Below are positions 27,953 to 34,550 of a DNA stretch of 34,550 bases, piece by piece. A model generated the notes under the pieces. That model searched no databases and was not told the DNA's origin. It saw only the letters and a program-made list of their open reading frames with translations. Numbering within the stretch: position 1 is the first letter of the stretch; the number at the start of each line of letters is the position of its first letter. Source of the stretch: Candidatus Hydrogenedentota bacterium (GTDB lineage Bacteria > Hydrogenedentota > Hydrogenedentia > Hydrogenedentales > GCA-2746185); assembly GCA_046583315.1 (NCBI GenBank), contig JAYGCN010000008.1:1-34550 (forward strand), in the 5' to 3' direction. The position numbers and the translations under genes are program-made.

Positions 27953-29407
27953 TTATTCAAGGTACCCCAGTGCCTTTAACGCTTCAAGGTCCTCTTCCTG
28001 AATGATAGTGTTCGGCTCAATGGGGCGTTGATAGTTCTCCAGCCACAAATCCAACTGTTCCTGGAGTTCTTCCACCACATCCCTTTCCTGACCGCCCAGA
28101 TTCTTTAACTCCCCCGGGTCATCATCCAGATTGTACAACTGATGCTCGTTGGTTTCGTGCGTAACGATCAATTTCCACGGGCCTTGCCGCACCGCATACT
28201 GTCGCCCGACCAAATGGACCGGATCCGGCTCTTCTCCAAGCGGAAAATAACCCGGTGGTGCCGCCTGAGCAAAAACATACGAATAATGCCGGCGGTGTGT
28301 AAAAACCGGGCGCTCCGAATCTAGCGATGCCAGTCCCAATATCGCCCCTCGCAGATTTCTTCCGGACGCCTTATCCACACCATCGGTTCCCGTGAAGGAG
28401 AGCAGTGTAGGCATTAGATCCGTAAGTTCGATCGGGGCCGAAACCTTCACACCTGGTGAAATATGTCCGGGCCATCGCAGCAAAAACGGGATATGCACTT
28501 CCTCTTCGAATACACCCATCCCGTGCATCATGTACCCATGTTGCATCAATCCTTCACCGTGATCGGCAGTGACGACAACCATCGTTTCCTCGTCCAGCCC
28601 CAAGGCATCAAGCTCTTTCATGAGTCGTTCAATTTGGCTGTCCACGCTTCGAATTTCCGCGTCATACAACGACGTACTCTTGCCTATTGTATCGCGTGTC
28701 GCCCAATCCGGATCGAGGCTATCGACGACATCTCCGGCCACCAGATACGGCGCGTGTGGATCAAAAAGATGCACGAATAAAAAAAACGGTTGGTCAGGTT
28801 CCCGTTTCTGAGTCAGCCATGAGACGGCATGATTGATCGTGAATTCCCCGTGACGATCGAAGCCTTTATCCAGTGCGAATCCTTCCCACTCATCGAGCTT
28901 TATGAGGCCTTCTTCCGGCGGAATATCGTCATCATAAAAATCAAAGCCCTGATTCAGGCCGAATCGCCTGTCCAGCACAAAAGAGCTGATCACCGCCGCC
29001 GTCTGATAACCTGCTTCGGACAAGGTCTCAGCGAGTGTCGTATGCTCATCCGCCAATTTGAGCCCGTTCTTAACGACCCCATGCCCTATCGGATACAAAC
29101 CAGTGAACATCGTTGCATGACTGGGGCCGGTGATGCCCATCGGGGCGTAGGCCTTTTCAAAAAGGATTCCTTCCGATGCGAACTTTTTGAGATACGGCGT
29201 AGTGGCACGTTCGTAGCCGTAGACCGACATATGATCGGCTCGAGTCGTATCCAGCGATATCAGAATTACGTTCGGCGCATCCGTAACTGGGGGCAACAAC
29301 CCCTCCGGCGGTGCTACGTCAACGGGAGCAGGCGCACATCCGGCGATCACGCACACGGCAATTACCATCACCGTCAGACGCACATGTCTACCCCCTGTCA
29401 TTAACAA
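27953..29407 (-). CDS. Sulfatase-like (alkaline phosphatase superfamily) hydrolase/transferase, predicted lipoprotein
   Basis: Lipobox IAG-C; PNVILISLDTTRAD; TGPSHATMFTG; HLFDPHAPY; TADHGE; LYNL..DPGE; LKALGYL. Confidence 0.9.
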   Translation of the reverse strand: MLMTGGRHVRLTVMVIAVCVIAGCAPAPVDVAPPEGLLPPVTDAPNVILISLDTTRADHMSVYGYERATTPYLKKFASEGILFEKAYAPMGITGPSHATMFTGLYPIGHGVVKNGLKLADEHTTLAETLSEAGYQTAAVISSFVLDRRFGLNQGFDFYDDDIPPEEGLIKLDEWEGFALDKGFDRHGEFTINHAVSWLTQKREPDQPFFLFVHLFDPHAPYLVAGDVVDSLDPDWATRDTIGKSTSLYDAEIRSVDSQIERLMKELDALGLDEETMVVVTADHGEGLMQHGYMMHGMGVFEEEVHIPFLLRWPGHISPGVKVSAPIELTDLMPTLLSFTGTDGVDKASGRNLRGAILGLASLDSERPVFTHRRHYSYVFAQAAPPGYFPLGEEPDPVHLVGRQYAVRQGPWKLIVTHETNEHQLYNLDDDPGELKNLGGQERDVVEELQEQLDLWLENYQRPIEPNTIIQEEDLEALKALGYLE

Positions 29408-29412
29408 ATGCC

Positions 29413-30564
29413 TTACTTCGCGAGCGTCTGCCGCACAGACGTCTCGAGAGCTTCCGCACGCATTCCCGCCATTTTCCCTTCAGCCACGGCCGAATCGGCA
29501 CTCAGGCCGCCACGCGTGGCCGAATAATAGGACCACACGGCACCGACGCGATTGGAACTGGCGCAATGAAGCAAAACCGGGGCATCATCCTGAAGATCCA
29601 GGGCATCTAGCATTTGCTTGAGTTCATCTTTTCCGGGAAGCGCGCGTCCCATCGGCAAATGGAAGTATTTCATACCAGCGGCTTCCACCACTTTCGCCTC
29701 ATCAAAGCCAAGCGAAGCAAGCTCCTGCTCGGTGCGGATATTGATCACTGTTTTCACGCCGAGTGCCGCAAACTCTGCAAACGCGGCTTCAGAAGGTTGC
29801 CCCGCAAAATACACCTTGTTGTCATACGTGGAAACGTTGACCGTGTCAGTAACGGAAATGGCGCGAATGGCACGACGTGTATCATCGCCAGCGACTTTGA
29901 ATACGAAGCTATGTTGAGCCGGTAAAAACTCCGCGCGAGTCACCAATTCGAAACCTGCCGGCACCCACTCACTCATAACTTCGTCAATCGTCATCTTGTG
30001 ATCGCGCGGGATCGGAAAAGGAATCGTCGCAGGATCCTGTTCAGCGCGATACTCCAGAAGCATCACACGTCCGCCCGGTGCCAGACTTTCCTTCATGCGC
30101 GCCAACATCGCCTGTGGATTACTAAACTCATGATAGGCATCCACCAACAAAATCCAGTCCACTTTCCCCGGAGGTAACGTCGGGTCTTCGAACTCACCCA
30201 GAATCGGATAGATGTTTCGAATCTTAGCTTCGTCTTTTCGTTTGATAAGCTGATCAAGCATGCCTTGCTGAACATCCACCGAAAATACAGCACCGTGGGG
30301 TGCAATACGCTCGGCCACTTGCAACGAATACCATCCATTTCCACAGCCAATATCCGCGACGATATCCCCGTCCTTCAAACCCATAAAATTCAGCGTCTTT
30401 AGCGGCTCTTCCAGTGCATGACGCGTCTCCATCAACAGGATGCCTGCCTGCTCGGGTTTCAACATTTGTGCAGGTTTACGATCCTGCGCAATAGCGGGAG
30501 CAACCGTTGCCAATAGAGTTCCCAAAACAACAAAGCGCATAAGCGTTACAGACTTAATCAACAC
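29413..30564 (-). CDS. Exported fusion of a class I SAM methyltransferase and a DUF442/BLH phosphatase-like (sulfurtransferase) domain
   Basis: Signal ending PAIA-Q. N-domain VADIGCGNG, VDVQ, LVDAYHEF, LAPGG. C-domain YFAGQP...GVKTVINIR...AGMKYFHLP...PVLLHCASSNRVG. Confidence 0.85.
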   Translation of the reverse strand: MLIKSVTLMRFVVLGTLLATVAPAIAQDRKPAQMLKPEQAGILLMETRHALEEPLKTLNFMGLKDGDIVADIGCGNGWYSLQVAERIAPHGAVFSVDVQQGMLDQLIKRKDEAKIRNIYPILGEFEDPTLPPGKVDWILLVDAYHEFSNPQAMLARMKESLAPGGRVMLLEYRAEQDPATIPFPIPRDHKMTIDEVMSEWVPAGFELVTRAEFLPAQHSFVFKVAGDDTRRAIRAISVTDTVNVSTYDNKVYFAGQPSEAAFAEFAALGVKTVINIRTEQELASLGFDEAKVVEAAGMKYFHLPMGRALPGKDELKQMLDALDLQDDAPVLLHCASSNRVGAVWSYYSATRGGLSADSAVAEGKMAGMRAEALETSVRQTLAK

Positions 30565-30717
30565 GAGCGTATCCTTTCAAACAAATTCACGAACTTTGCT
30601 GCACTGTCCTCCCAGACATCAGCAGATATTCCACTACGTAACCCCAACAGCTTAGCCAATTTTTCGGCTGGAATCAATTGCACGCCCCGGTTCAGCAAGG
30701 ATTGAAACACTCCTTAC

Positions 30718-31527
30718 TTACTTGATCAGTTCCAGCGTTGCCACGTATGCGCAGTGATCCGAAGCGACCTCATCCTGAATCACCGCCGTGGACAGGACCC
30801 GCCACGCCGTCGCTGGAGCGTACATGATGTAATCGATTTTGACACGTGGATTCTTGGACGGAAAGGTAGGGTCTGCCTCTGTTGTTGAAGTAGGCACCCA
30901 ATGCTCCGTCAGAAGCTTGATCGTTTCGCTATCCGGTTGCGCATTCAGATCGCCAGTCACGATGGTTGGTACGTCATTATCTTTGAATGCCTCAATCATC
31001 GTTTTCGCCTGAGCAATGCGATCCGTTTCGTCGGGCAAATGATCAAGATGCGTTCCCACGAAAGCGATGACAGATCCGTCCGGCAGCTGCACGCGCACCT
31101 CGAGCGCCGCCCGAGGCTCATTTCCGGGACTGTGCGGCAACGGGACGTTCCGAGTCGAGACAAAACTGTGCTTGGACAGCACCGCCTCCCCATACTCGCC
31201 CCCGTCATACGTCATTGCGCGCCCAAATATCGACGCCATGCCCGTCCGCTGGCCCAATTCCGTCGCGAGATCATATCCCTTCGCCCGCCGCGTCTTAAAA
31301 TCCACCTCCTGCAACGACACCAAATCCGGGTCTTCATCAATAATTACCTTCGCGATCCGATCCAGATCAAAATCCCCCTTCGTCGTCGCCCCGTGAAGAA
31401 TGTTGAAGGTCATCACTTTGAGGGTAGTTGGTTTCGCCTCCTGTGAATACGCACAAAACGTTGCAGAAAGCAATAAGAATGGCGCGAATAACCTCGCGCC
31501 ATTCTGGAGCAGTCGATTAATCTGCAA
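30718..31527 (-). CDS. Endonuclease/exonuclease/phosphatase (EEP) family protein, probably exported
   Basis: LKVMTFNILHG, PDLVSLQEVD, THLDH, GDLNA, IDYI and SDH, preceded by signal-like LFAPFLLLSATFCAYS. Start uncertain; TTG 31527 chosen. Confidence 0.87.
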   Translation of the reverse strand: MQINRLLQNGARLFAPFLLLSATFCAYSQEAKPTTLKVMTFNILHGATTKGDFDLDRIAKVIIDEDPDLVSLQEVDFKTRRAKGYDLATELGQRTGMASIFGRAMTYDGGEYGEAVLSKHSFVSTRNVPLPHSPGNEPRAALEVRVQLPDGSVIAFVGTHLDHLPDETDRIAQAKTMIEAFKDNDVPTIVTGDLNAQPDSETIKLLTEHWVPTSTTEADPTFPSKNPRVKIDYIMYAPATAWRVLSTAVIQDEVASDHCAYVATLELIK

Positions 31528-32929
31528 GAGATTCAGGCGGTTCAGGAATCGGCTCGGGGTCTTTGAAGCCAAGCAGCAGGAATACGGTCAATACCGCCAC
31601 CACAAGGCCTGGCGCGGGGTCCAGAAAAGCGAGCGCAGTTGCACCCAAAAGCACCACGCCACGTTCCGTTTCATTCTTGGGCATACTCATGGCCACGTAC
31701 GCGCAGGCAAACCCGGTTAGCACCAGTGTCAGCGACAGTGCGATTGGCAACATCGGACTAAGTCCCGTCGTAATCGGATAGACGAGAAACAGTATCGGCA
31801 CACCGAAAAAATAATACGAGGATATCCCCGAGAAGAGCGAGTCCATCTGATCGCGACCCTCCGCCCATCTCTTTACGATGATGACGTGAACCCCGGTCCA
31901 CAGCGAACCCTGCGTCGGGAAGAAGGGAGCAAACAGCGACATGATCACGTTGCGAATGCCGGTGCTTATGTGGGTACGTGTGCTGTTGAAGTCGACCTTC
32001 TCGTCTTCACGACTTGGCATCGCGCCTTTCAGAATTTCGATACCGGTAACGATATCGCCGAAAAGGATGATATAGGTTACGAAGGCCAGTCCTATGATAT
32101 TGGGATTGAGCATGACGCTTATCGGAGGAAATCCGATGCTAAACGGGGAGACTTTTTCGAAGAGCGAAAGGAAGACCGGGACGGGGTTCATCACACCGCC
32201 CTTGATGATACTTTCACCCTCCACAACGTATTGCATCTCGCCGACCGCGACACCTACGATACCGGCCAGCATGAATCCGGGCAATAAACCGAGCGACGCG
32301 ATCTTCGCCAACCACGGATTGTTCAGTTTCATGCGTGCGATGGGTATTGAAAAGGCCAGCAACAGGCATACCGCGATTGCTACCGTCATTGCGATCGGCA
32401 TGTTATTGATATTAGCCGAGCCCTCATCCACAAACACTCGCTTGATGGCGGCGATCGCCGCACCCATAATAATCGCACCCTTTAGAGTTAAGGGCATCCA
32501 GTCAACGATCTTTTTTCCCAGTCCGGTTATGCCGAGAACTAAAAGCAACATCGCAAACCATATCGAGAGCGCCGTCATGACCTGGAACCGTTCGGTCGGT
32601 GTTGGGTAGGTATCCGTGAGTACAATGTTCAACACGAGAGGCAACGCCGGGGTGACCCAGCCTGCAGCAAAGGGTTCGCCAAAGAGCAGCGGACCAGCGC
32701 TGATCAGAAGAGAGGATATCATCGACATGATGACAGCTTCATCGAATGTCAATCCGAACATAGGCCCCGTCAGCAGTGGAACCAACGCCAGACCCGTTGC
32801 CGCTGCCACCAATATGCCCTGGAAAAACTCAGGCCATTCGACACCGGTATGGATAAACGGAATACGCGCCGTGAACGGCCCCCATTTGATCCCCGGTTGA
32901 TGTTCTCCATGCTCACGTTTCATCGACAT
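31517..32929 (-). CDS. Polytopic permease, probably xanthine/uracil/vitamin C (NCS2/SLC23)-like
   Basis: Many TM helices; RIPFIH...EWPEFFQG, GWVTPALPLV, YIILFGD and LWTGVHV. ATG 32929 follows GAGG. Family assignment from memory. Confidence 0.65.
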   Translation of the reverse strand: MSMKREHGEHQPGIKWGPFTARIPFIHTGVEWPEFFQGILVAAATGLALVPLLTGPMFGLTFDEAVIMSMISSLLISAGPLLFGEPFAAGWVTPALPLVLNIVLTDTYPTPTERFQVMTALSIWFAMLLLVLGITGLGKKIVDWMPLTLKGAIIMGAAIAAIKRVFVDEGSANINNMPIAMTVAIAVCLLLAFSIPIARMKLNNPWLAKIASLGLLPGFMLAGIVGVAVGEMQYVVEGESIIKGGVMNPVPVFLSLFEKVSPFSIGFPPISVMLNPNIIGLAFVTYIILFGDIVTGIEILKGAMPSREDEKVDFNSTRTHISTGIRNVIMSLFAPFFPTQGSLWTGVHVIIVKRWAEGRDQMDSLFSGISSYYFFGVPILFLVYPITTGLSPMLPIALSLTLVLTGFACAYVAMSMPKNETERGVVLLGATALAFLDPAPGLVVAVLTVFLLLGFKDPEPIPEPPESLAD

Positions 32930-33019
32930 ACGGTCATCCTCTCGTCCAGTTTCGTTTCCAGCACACAACGAGGGTCGAGTATAGAGAATCGACAGGGCGG
33001 CGATCTAGGTCGAATATTC

Positions 33020-33697
33020 CTACCTGGAAATTTTCTTGCCTTCACGTGTTTCGGGGAAAGGACACAGATCCTTTACACAGCACCGGGAGCACTCTGGCGA
33101 ACGCGACATACACACCGCGCGCCCATGAAACACCATGAAATGGGAAAACAGGGACCAATGCTCATGTTCCCATATATTCATCAGATCGTGCTCCACTTTT
33201 ACCGGATCGGTGTTCCTGGTGAAGCCCAATCGGCGAGTGATGCGCCCGCAATGGGTATCCACTACGACCCCCGGCGTGTTGAAGCAGGTACCCAGAATCA
33301 CGTTCGCGGTCTTGCGGCCCACACCGGCTAAGGCCACGAGTTCCTCAAGCGTCTGCGGCACATCTCCCCCATGCAACTCCACGATCCGTTTTCCCGCGGC
33401 CTTAATATTCTTGGCCTTGTTGTGATAAAAGCCGCAGGATTGAATGTATTTCTTCAGTTCCTCGATCGGTTTGTCCGCGTAATCAGCAGGAGTCTTGAAG
33501 GCTTTGAACAGGGCGGGTGATATCTTGTTCACCCGGACATCAGTACATTGCGCCGACAGAATCGTGGCCACCATTAGCTCTAACGGATTCGCATGGTCGA
33601 GCGAACACTCGGCTTCCGGGTACTCGGCATCAAGCAGCGCAAACACTTCCCTGGCCCGTTCGCGATTGGCCCCTATCGTCAGTTTGAACTTGGGCAT
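33020..33697 (-). CDS. nth: Endonuclease III
   Basis: LMVATILSAQCTD.RVN, HhH LAGVGRKTANV, VDTH and 4Fe-4S C-X6-C-X2-C-X5-C. Confidence 0.97.
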   Translation of the reverse strand: MPKFKLTIGANRERAREVFALLDAEYPEAECSLDHANPLELMVATILSAQCTDVRVNKISPALFKAFKTPADYADKPIEELKKYIQSCGFYHNKAKNIKAAGKRIVELHGGDVPQTLEELVALAGVGRKTANVILGTCFNTPGVVVDTHCGRITRRLGFTRNTDPVKVEHDLMNIWEHEHWSLFSHFMVFHGRAVCMSRSPECSRCCVKDLCPFPETREGKKISR

Positions 33698-33703
33698 AGG
33701 GTT

Positions 33704-34549
33704 TTAACGCGCACACCACGCCAAGAAATCGTCCGTCGACAGTGTATTCAGGGTGTCGCCAGGTTCCAGCCAACCCTTACGCGCAATTCCCACGCCATAA
33801 CGGATGTAGTCGATTGCACCCGTCGCGTGAGCATCGGGACTGATACACAATTTGATTCCGCGGTCGCGTGCCTTGCGTACGTGGCGCCAATCCAGATCCA
33901 ATCGTCGGCAATTGGCGTTAATTTCGATAGCCACGCCGTTGGCCAGGCATGCGTCGAAGAGCACATCATAATTCAGATCGTAACCCTTGCGCGTAAGCAA
34001 CAATCTCCCTGTAGGATGACCCAGAATTCGCGTGTACGGATTCTCGACCGCTTTCACAACACGTTTGGTCGCATCCTCTTCGGTCATATCCAGATTCGAG
34101 TGCACGGATATCACGATGACTTCAAAGGACTTCAATACGTCTTCTTCATAATCCAGCGATCCGTCCGCCTTGATATCGGACTCAATCCCCTTAATCAGAC
34201 GGAAACCTTTGAGCTCCTTGTTCAACGCTTCAATTTCCGCATGTTGTTTTTCAATCCGGTAGGGTTGCAGTCCACCGGCATATCCCGCCGACTGACTGTG
34301 GTCCGTCATGGTCAGGTATTCATAGCCCAATTCCTGCGCCGCGTGCGCCATTTCCTGTATCGAATTCTGTCCATCGCTGTAATTCGAGTGGCAATGAATT
34401 ACGCCGCGAATGTCCTCAAGTTCCAGTAGACGAGGCGTTTCCTTGAGCGCGAATTCACCCATATCCTCACGCAATTCAGGTGGTATAAACGGCAAATCCA
34501 GGTGTTTGTAAATGTCCTCCTCGGTCTTGCAAACCTGATTTTCATCTCC
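33704..34549 (-). CDS. polX: DNA polymerase X family / PHP-domain protein, C-terminal part (5' end outside window)
   Basis: Frame open to the window edge: TEEDIYKHLDLPFIPPELRED (PolX thumb), then PHP motifs HCHSNYSDG, TDHS, GIESDI, GHPTGR, EINA and PDAH. Confidence 0.92.
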   Translation of the reverse strand, partial: GDENQVCKTEEDIYKHLDLPFIPPELREDMGEFALKETPRLLELEDIRGVIHCHSNYSDGQNSIQEMAHAAQELGYEYLTMTDHSQSAGYAGGLQPYRIEKQHAEIEALNKELKGFRLIKGIESDIKADGSLDYEEDVLKSFEVIVISVHSNLDMTEEDATKRVVKAVENPYTRILGHPTGRLLLTRKGYDLNYDVLFDACLANGVAIEINANCRRLDLDWRHVRKARDRGIKLCISPDAHATGAIDYIRYGVGIARKGWLEPGDTLNTLSTDDFLAWCAR

Positions 34550-34550
34550 A

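Noticed and set aside
17923..30564. Methyltransferases as a restriction-modification or anti-phage system
   Set aside because: No DPPY/NPPY or PCQ DNA-methylase motifs and no nuclease partner; four of the six have export signals.
33593..34429. 278-aa plus-strand ORF
   Set aside because: Antisense shadow of polX and nth, with no motifs.

Overview
Bacterial (diderm) genomic window with two parts. Left part (1-14964) looks like the eroded distal end of a tRNA-Asp-anchored genomic island. It holds a partial Tat-exported Gfo/Idh/MocA oxidoreductase, an NADPH:quinone oxidoreductase, a crotonase, a 5'-truncated FadL-like outer-membrane barrel, a tyrosine-integrase N-terminal relic, a divergent exported M28 hydrolase/Tat amidase pair between perfect 22-bp inverted repeats, and an mscS-tamB-tamA block between 28-bp direct repeats. 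It ends in a lone 3' half of tRNA-Asp. Right part (15148-34550) holds a YfhO/GT2/two-methyltransferase/SGNH surface-glycosylation cluster. Next is an unusual cluster of four SAM-dependent methyltransferases that all appear to carry export signals: two FkbM-family lipoprotein paralogs flanking an APC transporter, plus two related Sec-signal class I enzymes, one fused to a DUF442 CX4R domain. A PQQ-like propeller and a Thr-type sulfatase-like lipoprotein lie in the same cluster. The window ends with an EEP phosphoesterase, an NCS2-like permease, nth and the 3' end of polX. The best candidate for an undescribed system is the putative extracytoplasmic methylation cluster at 22312-30564. All calls come from reading motifs by eye; no database searches were run.
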